A stretch of 64,000 nt of DNA from the NCBI RefSeq assembly GCF_009914755.1, contig NC_060947.1. One strand, 5' to 3'. Origin of the DNA: the human T2T-CHM13v2.0 reference genome, Homo sapiens. How positions within the stretch are numbered: position 1 is the stretch's first letter; each line of letters starts with the position of its first letter. The translations under genes were made by a program, and so were the position numbers. Below, in pieces: positions 21,167 through 33,807 of the stretch. The notes beneath the pieces were generated by a model. The model was not told the origin of the DNA. It made no database searches and saw only the letters and a list, made by a program, of their open reading frames with translations.

Positions 21167-21560
21167 TAATGATTGGTGATAACATATACTAAGCTATCAG
21201 AATTTTAGAAATCTTGCAAACTTTTGGAATACATGTTGATAACACATTTATACAGATACAACTCAGAGAGTTAAACACTTTTCCTTATTTGACAATGCTG
21301 CCTACATAATTTTCACATAACAAATAAGCCTAATATGCCTCTCTTGAACTTCCATGATTCAAAAGCCTGAATTTTAGGGTTTGAAATTTAATTTTGAGAA
21401 GCATGTCAAATATGAAAGGTGTAAAACACTTTATTAAAGTAGGATCACAGGTCATGGTAATATGATAATTTTGCATATAGCCACAGTGATAATTCAGATC
21501 TTTCAAAAACCATATGCCTTTGCTCCTTGATAGAGAAGACACTTTTTCCCAACCAATCAA
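21167..21560 (-). mobile_element. MER4-group ERV1 internal sequence, host segment 2
   Basis: Follows the right L1 TSD. TGAAATTTAATTTTGAGAAGCATGTCAAATATG...TAAAACACTT matches about 51383-51433 inside the minus-strand provirus. Confidence 0.65.
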
Positions 21561-21803
21561 GACACAAGCCTGGTTTATTTTACCACTTGCTCATTGTAGA
21601 GGCCTAAAGCCTTAAACAAACAACAGTGATAACCAGGTAGTGGTCACAGTGGGCCTTGAATGAGAGCCAGTGCCTTGCTGGCTTTAGGACTGACTAAGCA
21701 CAGTACCACAAAACTGCTTGTGTCACCTCATGCTCAGCTCCAGACAGCTCAGAATAGAGACAGAGACTCTGCCTGAAATAAAGTAGAAAAGAAAAAAAGA
21801 GTC

Positions 21804-24106
21804 TGATAAGGTTTGGCTCTGTGTCCCCATCCAAATCTCATTTTGACTCTTACTCCTATAATTCCCACGTGTTGTGGGAGGGACCCAGTGGGAGATAATT
21901 GAATCATGGGGGTGGTTTCCCCATACTCTTCTCATGATAGTGAATAAGACTCATGACATCTCATGGTTTTATCAGGGGTTTCTGCTTTTGCATCTTCCTG
22001 ATTCTCTCTTTGCTTGCTGCCATCCATGTAAGACAGGACTTGCTCCTCTTTGCATTCTGCCATGATTGTGAGGCTTCCCCAGACATGTAGAACTGGAAGT
22101 CAAATTAAGCCTCTTTATTTTGTTAATTGCACAGTCTTGGTATGTCTTTATCAGCAGTGTGAAAATGGACTAATACACTAAATTAATACCAGTAGAATGA
22201 GGTGTTGCTGAAAAGATACCCAAAAACGTGGAAGCAACTTTAGAATTGGGAAACAGGCAGAGATTGGAACAGTTTGGAGGGCTCAGAAGACTGAAAGATT
22301 TGGGAAAGTTTGGAACTTCCTAGAGAGTTTTTGAATGGCTTTGCCGAAAATGCTGATTGCGATATGGACAATAAGGTCCATAATGAGGTAGTCTCAGATA
22401 GAGATGAGGAACTTGTTGGGAACTGAGGCAAAGGTAACGCTTTTTATGTTTTAGCAAAGAGACTGGTGGGATTTTGCCCCTGCACTAAAGATTTGTGGAA
22501 CTTTGAACTTGAGAGAGATGATTTAGGGTATCTGGCAGAAGAAATTTCTAAGCAGCAAAGCATTCAAGAGTTGACTTGGGTGCTGTTAAAAGCATTCAGT
22601 TTTAAAAAGAAAACAGCATAAAAGTTTGAAAAATCTGCAGGCTGACAATGCAATAGAAAAGAAAATCCCATTTTTGCAGAGAAATTCAAGCCAACTATAG
22701 AAATTTGCATAAGTAACGAAGAGCCAAATGTTAATCCCCAAGACAATAGGTAAAATGTCTCCAGAGCATGTCAGAGGTCTTCACAGCAGCCTCTCCCATC
22801 ATAGGCCAAAATGCCTAGGAGGAAAAAATAATTTTATGGGCTAAGCCCACGGTCCCTGAGCTGTGCACAGCCTAGGGACTTGTTGCCCTTCCTCCCAGCT
22901 GCTCCAGCTGTGGCTGAAAGGGGCAATGTGGAGCTTGGGCCATGGCTTCAGATGATGCAAGCCCCAAGCCTTGACAACTTCCAAGTGGTGTTTAGTCTGT
23001 GTGTCCACAGAAATCAAGAATTGAACTTTGGTAACCTCTGCCTAGATTTCAGAAGATGTATGGAAACGCCCAGGCAGAAGTTTGCAGCAGGGGCAGGGCT
23101 CTCATGGTGAATCTCTGCTAGGGCAGTACAGAAGGGAAATGTGGGGTCAGAGCCCCCACACAGAGCTCTTACTGGGGCACCACCTAGTGGATCTGTCAGA
23201 AGAGGCCACCATCCTCCAGACCCCAGGATGGTAGATCCACCAACAGTTTGCACTGTGTGCCTGGAAAAGCCACAGACACTCCACACCAGCCCATGAAAGC
23301 AGCCAGAAGGGAGGCTATACCCTGCAAAGCCACAGAGATGGAGCTGCCCAAGACCATGGGAACCCATCTCTGTGACCTGGATGTGAGACTGGAGTCAAAG
23401 GAGATCATTTTGGAGCTTTAAGATTTGACTGCCCCGCTAGACTTCAAACTTGCATGGGCCCTGTAGCCCCTTTGTTTTGGCCTATTTCTCCCATTTGGAA
23501 TGGTTTTATTTACTTAATGTCATTACCCCTGTTGTATCTATGAAATAACTTGTTTGCTTTTGATTTTACAGACTCATAGGTGGAAGGTACTTGCCTTGTC
23601 TCAGATGAGACTTTGGACTGTGGACTTTTGAGCTAATGCTGAAATGAGTTACGACTTTCCGGGACTGTTGGGAAGGTACGATTTGTTTTGAAATGTGAGG
23701 ACATGAGATTTGGCAGGGGCCGGGGGTGGAATGATATGGTTTGGCTCTGTGTCTCCACCTCAATCTCATTTTGAATTGTACTCCCATAATTACCACATGT
23801 TGTGGGCAGGACCCCATGGGAGGTAATTGAATCATGGGGCAGTCTCCCCCATACTGTTCTTGTGGTGGTGGATAAGTCTCATGAGAGCTCATGGTTTTAT
23901 CAGGGGTTTCTGCTTTTGCATCTTCCTCATTTTCCCTTTGCCTGCTGCCATCCGTGTAAGATGGGACTTGCTCCTCCTTGCCTTCTGCCATGATTGTGAG
24001 GCTTACCCAGCCACGTGGAACTATAAGTCAAATTAAACCTCTTTCTCTTTTAAGTTGCCCAGTCTCAGATATGTCTTTATCAGGAGTGTGAAAATGGACT
24101 AATACA
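21804..24106 (+). mobile_element. Complete THE1 (MaLR) element, THE1A/B-like: LTR 21804-22177, internal 22178-23731, LTR 23732-24106
   Basis: Both LTRs run TGATA(A/T)GGTTTGGCTCTGTGTC...GGACTAATACA. Purine-rich PPT at 23712-23731. Perfect 5-bp TSD GAGTC at 21799-21803 / 24107-24111. Confidence 0.95.
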
Positions 24107-25183
24107 GAGTCTATCCCTGGAAACCCAGAGAATTCTTCCAGATATCATTCAAGACCATCAGAACATTACCTGTATGAGTATGCAAAAACCAGATCAATAC
24201 TGGGCTTCAGGTGCTCCTTAATGAAGATACAACCTAGATTAAAAAAAAAAAAAATCCAGGTCTCTTTGAATACCTGGAAACTCTTTGCAATAAGGACATG
24301 TACAAACAAGCTCAGACTGCAAAGACTATGATGAACACCTAACTCTTCAATGTCCAGACAAAGACAAACATCCACAAACATTAAAACCATCCAGGAAAAT
24401 ACGATTTCTCAAATGAACTAAATAAGGCAACAGAAACTAATCGTGGAGGAATAGATATATGTGATTTTTCAGACAGATAATTCAAAATAGCTGTTTTAAG
24501 GGAACTCAAAGAAATTTAAAATAACACAGAAAACAAATTCAGAATTCTATCAGATAAATTTAACAAAGGTATTGAAATAAACAGAATCAAAAATAAATTC
24601 TAGAGTTGAAAAATATGATTGACATCCTGAAGAATGTGTCAGAGTCTCTCAATAGCAGAACTGATCAAGCAGAAAAAAGAATTGACCTTGAATAAGGGTG
24701 ATTTGAAAATACACTATCAGATAAGACAAAAAAAGAATATAAAACCATGAAGCACACCTACAAAATCTAGAAAATATTCCCAAAAGGACAAATCTAAGAG
24801 ATATTGACCTTGAAGAGGAGGTAGAAAAAGAGATAGGTTTGAAAAAGTTTATTCAAAAGGAATAACATCAGAGAACTTCTCCTAAACATAGAGAAACCTA
24901 TCAATATCTAAGTACAAGAAGATCATAGAATCTCAAGCAGATTTAACCCAAAGAAGTCTATCTCAAAGACTTTAATAGTCACACTCCCAAAGGTCAAGGA
25001 TAAAGAAATAATACCAAAAATAGAAAAAAAAAAAAAGAAATAAATAACATAAAATGGATCTCTAATACATCTGGCAGCAAAGTTTTCACTGGAAATCTCA
25101 TAGGCATGGAGAGAGTGGCATGACATATTTAATGTGCTGAAGGAAAAAAACAAAACAAAAGAAAACAAAACAATTTTTACCCT

Positions 25184-25485
25184 GCCAGGTGTGGTGGCTA
25201 ATGTCTGTAATCCCAACATTTGGGAGGCTGAAGTGGGCAGATTGCTTGATTTCAGGAGTTCAAGACCACCCTAAGCAAGATGGCTAAACCCCATCCCTAC
25301 AGAAAATATTAAAAAGTAGCCAGGGGTGGTGGCAAGTGCTTGTAGTTTCACCTACTCAGGTAGCTGAGATGGAGAATCACCTGAGCCTGGGAGTTTGAGG
25401 CTGTAGTGAGCCATGATTGTACCATTGCACTCCAGCCTGGGAAATTGGAGTGAGGCCTTTCTTCAAAACACACAAACAAACAAAA
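25184..25485 (+). mobile_element. AluJ-like SINE inside the L1MA ORF1
   Basis: Dimeric Alu with J-type features (GATTGCTTGA, GAGGCTGTAGTGAGCCATGATTG), (CAAA)n tail and degenerate TSD TTTTACCCT/TTTTACTCT. Confidence 0.9.
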
Positions 25486-27574
25486 CTTTTACTCTATAAT
25501 AGTATATCTTACAAAAGAATACCCTTTAAACATGAACGAGAAATAAAACTTTCCCAGACAAACAAAAGTTGAGGAATTTCATCAATACAAGGCCTGTCCT
25601 TAAAAAATGCTAAAGAGAGTACTTCAATCAGAAAGAAACGCACATTAGTGAGCAATAAGAAATAATTTGAAGGTACAAAACTCACTGATAATAGTAAGTA
25701 TACAGAAAAAAACAATTTGCTATAATACTGTATCTGTGGTGTGTAAACTACTCTTTAGTAGAAACACTAGAAGACGAATCGAACAAAAATAATAACTACA
25801 ACAACTTTTGAAGAGATAGTACAATGAGATGTAAATAAAAGCAACAGAAAGGTTTACATCAGGGAAATGTTGTTAAAGATGTAGAGTTTTTATTAGTTTT
25901 CTTTTTGCTGGTTTATTTTGTTGCTTTTGCAAAAAGTGTTAAGTTGATATCAGCTTAAAATAATAGATTATAAAAATTTTTTAAAAGATTATAAGATAGT
26001 ATCTCTGAGTCTCATGATAATCTCAAATCAAAAGCATACAACAGATAAACAAAAACTAAAAGTAAGAAATTAAATTACACCACCAGAGTAAATTACCATC
26101 ACTAAAAGGAAGATAGGAAGGAAGGAAAGAATAAAGAGAAACCACAAAACAACAAGAAAAAAGATAACAAAATGGCAGGAGTAAGTCCTTACTTATCAAT
26201 AAAAACTTTGAATGTAATTAGAATAAAATTTTCAACCAAAAGACATAGAGTGGCTGAATAATTAAAAAAATAAGACTTAATGATTTGTTGCTCATAAAAT
26301 ATGCACTTCATCTGTAAATAGACACATAAACTAAATATAAAGGGATGGAAAAAGATACTCCATGCCAATGAAAACAAACAAACAAAAAAAGCAGGAGTAG
26401 CTATACTTATATCAGAAAAAAATAGATTTCAAGACAAAACTATAAGAAGATAAAAATAAGGTTACTATATAATAATAAAGAGATCTATTTAAAATATATA
26501 ACTATTTAAAATATATATGCACCCAACGCTGGAGCACATAGTTATATAAAGCAAATATTATTAGATCTAAAGAGAGAGCCAGATCTTAACACAATAACAG
26601 TTGGAGATTTCAACACTCCACTTTCAGCATTGAGCACATCTTCCAGACAGAAAGTCAACAATGATTCAGTCTGCACTATAGAACAAATGGACCTAATAGA
26701 TATTTACAGAACATTTTATCTAAAGACTGCAAAGTACACATTCTTTTCCTCAGTACATGTATCATTCTCAAGCATAGATCATAGGTGAGGTCACAAAACA
26801 TTTAAAACACAAGTTAGGTCACAAAACATTTAAGTCTTAAAACATTTAAAAAATTTAAATAACATCAAGCATCTTCTCTGGCCACAGTGGAATAAAACTA
26901 GAAATCAAATATGAGAGAAATTTTGGAAATTGTATGAACACAAGGAAATTAAACAAGGTGCTCCTGAATGACCAGTGAGTCAATGAGAAAATTAAGAAGG
27001 AAATTGAAAAATTTTGTGAAATATATAATAGAAACACAGCATACCCAAATCTATGTGACGCAGAAAAAGCATTCCTAAGAGGCAAGTTTATAGCTATATG
27101 TTCCTACATAAAAACAACAACAACAACAAATTCAAATAAACAACATAATGATGCATCTTTGAAAAGTAAAACAGTAAGAACAAACCATACCAAAAATTAG
27201 TAGGAGAAAAGAAATAATAAAGATCAGACCAGAATAAATAAAAATTGAAATTTAAAAACTATACAAAAATCAATGGATTAAAAAGTTGATTTTTTGAAAA
27301 AATTAAAAATTGACAGAACTTTAGCTAGACTAAGAAAAATAGAAAAAGATCAAATAAACCAAATTAGAGATGAAAAAGGAGACATTACAACTGTTACTTC
27401 AAAGAATGATTAGTGGCTACTATGAGCAAGTATATGCCAATAAATTAGAAAATCTAGAAGAAATGTATAAATTCCCAGACACATACAACCTATCCAGATT
27501 GAATCATGAGTAAGTCCAAAACCTGAACAGACCAATAAAGAGTAATAAGACTGAAGTCCTAATAAAAAGTCTCC

Positions 27575-27595
27575 GGGGGGGGGGGGGGGGGGGGG
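27575..27595 (+). repeat. G21 homopolymer
   Basis: 21 consecutive G within L1MA ORF2. Confidence 0.95.
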
Positions 27596-27646
27596 AGGAA
27601 ATAAAAGCCAGGGACTCAATGGCTTCACTGCTGAATTCTACCAAAC

Positions 27647-27677
<31 letters not shown>

Positions 27678-30581
27678 TAATACTAATTTTACTCAAACTA
27701 AGTCAAAAAATAGGGCAGTAAGAAATACTTCCAAGCTCAATGGGACAATAATACAGAGCTATGGTAACTAACACAGCATGGTATTATCATAAAAACAGAC
27801 ACATAGACAATGGAATAGAATAGAGAATGTAGAAGTAAATTCATACATTGGCAGTGAACACATTTTTGACAATGTTGCCATGAAAATACATTGTGAAAAG
27901 AACAGTCAGTTTAATTGATAGTGTTGAGAAAACTGGATAGCCATATGCAAAAGAATGAAACTAGACCCCTATCTCTCACCATACACAAAATCAAATCAAA
28001 ATGAAATAAGGATTTAAATCCAAGACCTCAAACTATGAAGCTACTAAAAGAAAACATTGGGGAAACTCTCCAGGACATTGGACTGGGCAAAGATTTCCTG
28101 AGTAATACCACACAAGCACAGGCAACCAAAGCAAATATGGACAAATGGATAACATTAAGTTAAAAAACTGTTGCACAGAAAGGAAAACAACAAAGTGAAG
28201 AGACAACCAATAGAATGAGAGAAAACTTTTGAACACTACCCATATGACAAGAGATTAATAGCCCGAATATATAAGAGGTTCAAACAACTGTATAGGAAAA
28301 AAATATAATAATCTGGTAAAAAATAAAAATAAAAATGGGCCAAACATTTGTACAGACATTTCTCCAAAAAAAAGACATGCAAATGGTGAACAGATATGTG
28401 AAAAGGTGCTCAACATCATTGATCATCAAATAAATATATATCAAAACTATAATAAGACCTCATCTCACCCCAGTAAAAATATCTTTCATTCAAAAGTCAG
28501 GCAATAACAAATGCTGAAAGAATGTGGAGAAAATGGAACCCTTGTACACTGTTGGTGGGAATGTACATTAGTATAGCTACTAGGGAGAAAAACTTGGCGG
28601 TTCCTCAGAAAACTATAACTAGAGCTGCCATATGATCTAGCCATATACCCAAATGAAAGAAAATTAGTATATTGAAGAGATATCTACTTTTAATGTTTAT
28701 TACAGCACTACACGATAGCAAAATTTGAAAGCAATCTAAGTGTTCTTCAACAGACGGATAAAGAAAATGTACATATACACATTGGAGTGCTAGCAAGTCA
28801 TAAAAAGAATGACATTCTTTCACTTGCGATAACTCGGATGGAAGTGGATGTCATTATATTAAATGAAATAAGCCAGGTACAGAAAGACAAATATCACATA
28901 TTCTCACTATGGGAGCTAAGTATTAAAGAAATTTAACTCATGGAGATAGAGAGCAGAGGGTGGTTAATAGAGGCTGAAAAGGGTAGTAGAGGGATGAGAG
29001 GAAAGTGGGATGGTTAGTGAATAAAAAAAAGAAAGAATGAATAAGACTTGGTATCTTCTTACACAGCAAGATGTTGATGGTCAAAAATAATTTAATTGAA
29101 CATTTCTAAAATAACTAAAACAATATAATTGGATTGTTTGTAACACAAAGGATAAATGCTTGAGTGGATGGATACCACATTTATTCTGATGTAATTATTA
29201 AGTATTGCATGCTTGTGTCAAAATATCTCATGTAAACCATAAAAATGTATACCTACTACGTACCCACAACATTGTTTTAAAAAATTATTTTCTTTAATTT
29301 GGTAGTTTTAATTACATATTAATTAGAATTTTAACATATGTAGTTTAAAATTTCAGTAACCTTAGCTTTTGTGTAAACCTAGAATGTAAGTAATTTAAAA
29401 AATTCACCACATACCAACATTTTATGAAACATTTATGCCTAATTTATTTCATTCAATCATGTTTGAACTGTTCATAGAATTTTATAAGATATTGAACAAA
29501 GCTAGCCATCATCTTTAGTTATTTTCCTGTTAACCATTTACATTGTATAAATGTTAGGCTGTAGCCATTTAAGCAAGAAGTCAAGGGTACTTAAGTGTTT
29601 TGCTGTTCATAAGTCACAGCTGTTTTTATTAAACCAAAAATATTAACTAGTGTTGTCTAGTTAATTACCCAAGTCATGAGAACTAAAAGACATTTGAGTT
29701 ACTTTCTACTTTTCTGATCAAGTATTTGATTTAGGCATTTAATTTTTCTTTAAGCAATTAAGTAGAGCTCTTTTATATATTTGTGCAGTAAAACACACTT
29801 ACAAGGGTAATATATAAATGTATAGGCATACAGACACACAGAAGCAGATTATTTAACATTATAAGGTTCTTCACTTCCCAGTGTGTAAATAATTTCTCTC
29901 CCCCCTTTGACTATCAAGTTTTAAACAATGGTTAACTAGGCAACTCTAAATTTGCACCTCTAAAAGGATGATCCTTAAGTGAAAATTTACATCTCAAAGG
30001 CACTGATCTTAAATCTAAACAACATTATTTGCTGAGACAAAGTGATAGGTGTAGGCTTAGTCAAGACAAGAGTGCTGGCCAAGCATCTTAAAGGTACAAT
30101 TAGTCAGGTAAACTTTAAGCCAATGTCTTCCCTGTTGTAAAAGTAGTTTCCAGTGGCTTGGGAGCAGGGAGATGCTCTTCCAAATGAAGATTTCCTCTGT
30201 AGATGTAAACTTCTTTTAGAAAGAGTTTCAAAATAACAGCTTAATGTCAGAAAGTCATATTTTAGAGACCAGTACAGTTAAATTGTGGTCTTTTCAGCTT
30301 AGCTTGCTTCTTGAATAGATTACATACTTCTGGGTGGAGGCCTTTAAAGAACAGGATAAATAAAATATTTGCAGTTTTCAGGGCCTAATATTTAATTGTT
30401 TGAGGAGAAGGTACAACTGGAAAGCAGAGAATCTAGATTTTTAAAAATCAAGGATCCCACTTTTTACTTTGAATCCTGGGTCCCCCAAAGGAAAAAAGTG
30501 CCATGAGATTAGGCCAAACTTTCACAACACACCTCACTACAAAATATTTTTCTAAGTTTTTAAACTATGCCTTTCTTCACT

Positions 30582-31215
30582 TTTTGGTGAAAAGAGTCAA
30601 ACTCTGTAAAACATCTCAAGAGGTATATTCTGAGTCAAACATGAGTGAACATGGCCCATGATACAGCCCTAGGTAAACCCTGAGAATATGTGCCCAAGGT
30701 GGCCAGGCAACAACTTGGTTTTATGCATTTTAGGGGGCCATGAGACATCAGTCAATATATGTAAGAGGTACATTGATTCAGTCTGACAAGGCAGGACAAC
30801 TGGAAGTAGGGGTCTCCAGGTTATAGGCAGATTCAAAGATTTTCTGATTGGCAACTAGTTGAAAAAATTTGTCTAAAGACTTGGAATTAATAGAAAGACA
30901 ATGTCTGGGTTAAGATAAGGGATTGTGGAGACCAAGGTTCTTGTCCAGATGAAGCCTTTAGGTAGCAGGCTTCAGAGAAAATAGATTGTAAATGTTTCTT
31001 ATCAAACTTAAAAAGGTGTCAGACTCTTAGTTGATTCTTAGATCAGGAAGAAGTACTGAAAAAAGGAAAGAGGAATCTCTACAGAATGTAGATTTTTCCC
31101 CATGAGAGACAACTTGGCAGGGCTATTTCAAGATATGGCAAATAAACATATTTTGGGTTAATATATACATATATATGTGTGTATATATATATATGTCATG
31201 ATATATGTATATGTA

Positions 31216-31248
<33 letters not shown>

Positions 31249-31281
31249 GTCATGATATATGTATATGTATGTGTGTGTGTA

Positions 31282-31316
<35 letters not shown>

Positions 31317-31483
31317 GTCATGTGATGTTATGCCAGTGTCAGGTTGGAAAGTAAGTCATGTTATATAGGGATAAATAAAAGCCCTCTGGTGGGACTTTAT
31401 GATTTGTATGGCATAACTCCCCACACCCATTAGATAGAGGAAATTTGGGCAAGAGAAGAAAATATGTCAAAGTTTAGTCCTCA
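30582..31483 (-). mobile_element. MER4-family solo LTR (MER4C/D-like)
   Basis: Plus strand begins ...TGAAAAGAGTCAAACTCTGTAAAA and ends GTTTAGTCCTCA (reverse complement of the TGAGGACTAAAC start). No clean TSD. Confidence 0.75.
31160..31322. repeat. Compound (TA)n/(TG)n microsatellite with a higher-order duplication
   Basis: The unit TATGTCATGATATATGTATATGTAT(GT)n(AT)n occurs twice, with a third TATGTCATG at the end. Confidence 0.9.
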
Positions 31484-31845
31484 ACCTAACACATAAAGAT
31501 AGGAGTAGTCCCCTGTAATAATAAATATCCACCATAAACAACTGCTGTAAGCCACCTCCAAAACTGCAACTCTCAACATCAACTCACCAGCCATCACACA
31601 CACAAAGGTCAGGTGTTCTCTCATGGTATAAAGTAACCTCCAGTACCACCAAGAGCCAAATATATCATGTAACAGAATACAAAAAAGAGCAGAGTATTAG
31701 ACCTGAGAGGAACGTTTCCATGACTAGAGCATGAAAACCTTTTAATACCCTAGAGCAACAGGGAAGACTGAAAAAGTATGTGAGTAGTGCCTTTTTCTGT
31801 GTTTTTAAGGGGTCTGAGTAATTAGAAGTCCACTCTAGATACTTT

Positions 31846-32534
31846 TGTTACTGGTGGAGGAGATCTGAGTCACCCCGAGTTACCAGTGGCCTATCCTTAT
31901 GGGTCCATAGCAACTTCAGTCCGTGCATCCTCAGAAGAATTCAACTGAGGAGCATAAAGCAGAAAATGAGATGGAGACAAGTTCCAGAGCAGAAATGCAA
32001 GTTTATTTAAAAAGACCTTGGAACAAGAAAAAGAGGAAGGTGCACTTGGAAGAAACCCAAGTGGGAACATGAAGGTTAAAGAGAGAAGGTCAAGTTCCTC
32101 ATTTAACCGTGATCCTAGAACTTTAATAAGTTCACCTCTTTCCCAAGATTCTTTCCTTAGGTTGGGCTTTTCACATGCTCAGTGCTTTCCTTACCCTTTG
32201 GAATTGAGCCTGGAGAGTGTGTTTAGGAAGTTATAAGCATCACCAACTGAGGCTTTCTTCCCTTTACTGATGGAATATACCCCCAGAAGATAATACTTCA
32301 TCATTTTTGTCTCTTAACATGCATGCCCAGGAAGTTGCTTCTCCTGGGGTCTCCATTCAATTAACATTTTGTTGTTAACAGGTGTGGACCATCAGGAAAT
32401 GGTTTCTCCCTGGCACTACCAAATTATCATTTTTTATAGAGGCAATGCAATAATTGTTGTACCATCACCCAACATTTCTAGTGGGTGGGGGGAGAGCCCT
32501 TTCCTGCACTGCTCAGACCTAACTACCTGTAACA
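31846..32534 (-). mobile_element. MER50-like solo LTR
   Basis: TGTTAC...TGTAACA termini, MER50-type CCTCAGAAGAATTCAACTGAGGAGCATAAAGCAG, and perfect 4-bp TSD CTTT at 31842-31845 / 32535-32538. Confidence 0.85.
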
Positions 32535-32810
32535 CTTTTATGTTGTACTGAAGACAGAAAAGAGGAAGGAATAGCTTTAATATCAGGTTTTAATGAAGCT
32601 AACTTCTGACCATAGAGCTTTATTGTTTAAAAAAGTACATCTTTTGAAATTTTTTACGCTTAGATTTTAGCTGTAACAAACAGCTGATATTTTTAGCTTT
32701 TGAACTTCTTTTTACCAAAGGTACACTCCCATTATCTTGATTAAGGCTTAATCACCAAAACCAGTAATCCTTAAGATTATGACTTAACCAAGGATAAACA
32801 AGGTGTCTCC

Positions 32811-33090
32811 TATCAGTCAAGGGAAATGACCAAGGCAAATCTCCATCATTTTAGAAGGTTTATTTACCAAAGTTAAGGATGCACGCCTGGGACACAGGTC
32901 TATACCTTTCTCCCAAGATGATTTTGAGGGTTTCAAATTTAAAGGGGAAAGGGTGGAATATTGAGAAATACACATTTTTTTTTGTGAGGGGAAGTAGGGG
33001 AAGATAGTCATTTATGGCTTTGTCTGGCTCAGTGAATCTACCTTTTAACATAAAATAGTGTAGACAATAGGGCAGAGAAAACAATCAGAT
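32811..33090 (-). mobile_element. MER4B-like LTR, truncated (3' LTR of the provirus)
   Basis: Colinear with 58635-58900 and joins env TM sequence directly, so the U3 start and env tail are deleted. Confidence 0.75.
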
Positions 33091-33789
33091 ACAAATTTAG
33101 AAGACATGATCTCCTAAAAATAAACACATTTGGCTTTTATGATGGTGCAGGTTCTCTTTTGGGCTCCAGTGAGTATATCTAAGGCCATAAAATTTTGCAG
33201 CACTGCTTTCCTCATGAGTGAGACCTCATTGTTTAGCAAAGTGATACTCATGTGGATATCATTTTGTGTATACCTTTTGTGTATCATTTGTTAATGCCAT
33301 ATATGCCATATAACATCTTCAATATCTATTTGTGGTATGAAGACTGAAGCTAAACGATCATAATGATAGATGCAGGAGGCAGATAAGTGGGGAACTGGAG
33401 AATCTTTGACCCACCTCACAAGAGTTTACATTAGATGCTTTTGTGAAGATAAGGGAAACTGCCCAGCGTCTTGTCTGTGCATGCCCACAACAGACTGGAG
33501 ATCCACCTGTGCACTGGGACAATGGGGTAGAGCCACGGAAGTTTGTGCCTTGGCCAAGGGGTTGGATCCTGGCCTCTTCAGCTCATGAGTGGTGGCCTGG
33601 TATTCAATTAGTGAGGTGGGAACTCATTGGCAGGACTTCCTCTAGATTTACTGTTTCTTTTTTTTTCATTTTCTCCCAATAAATTCTGCTCTCCTCATCC
33701 TTCAATGTGTTCATGTGCCTAATTTTTCCTGGTTGTGACAAAAGAACCTGGGTTTAGCTAAACTAAGGAGCAAAAATTCTGCATCATTT

Positions 33790-33807
33790 TGGTGGCCCAT
33801 ATGGGGA
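33790..33807 (+). other. Primer binding site, tRNA-Ile(AAU)
   Basis: TGGTGGCCCATATGGGGA versus TGGTGGCCCGTACGGGGA: 16/18, both differences are CpG transitions. Starts 3 nt after the 5' LTR. Confidence 0.85.

Larger units (their letters stand above)
21561..29285 (+). mobile_element. Old LINE-1, L1MA2-like (L1MA1-3), near full length, interrupted by THE1 and AluJ; about 1 kb of RT region deleted near 27740
   Basis: Decayed ORF1 about 24370-25640, ORF2 start ATGGCAGGAGTAAGTCC at 26172. 3'UTR TATAATTGGATTGTTTGTAACACAAAGGATAAATGCTTGAG...TACCTACTACGTACCCACAA is typical of early L1MA subfamilies. Confidence 0.85.
29290..32810 (-). mobile_element. MER4-group ERV1 internal sequence, host segment 3 (interrupted by two solo LTRs)
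   Basis: TTTTTCTTTAAGCAATTAAGTAGAGCTCTTTTATATA (about 29742) matches about 52002, and GTTATTTTCCTGTTAACCAT (about 29518) matches about 55429, both in the minus-strand provirus. No coding capacity. Confidence 0.7.

Noticed and set aside
31177-31368. ORFs made of microsatellite, Alu, THE1 or LTR sequence (also 36142-36459, 54539-54769, 23566-23991, 38882-39265)
   Set aside because: Chance frames in repeats, with no domain similarity.
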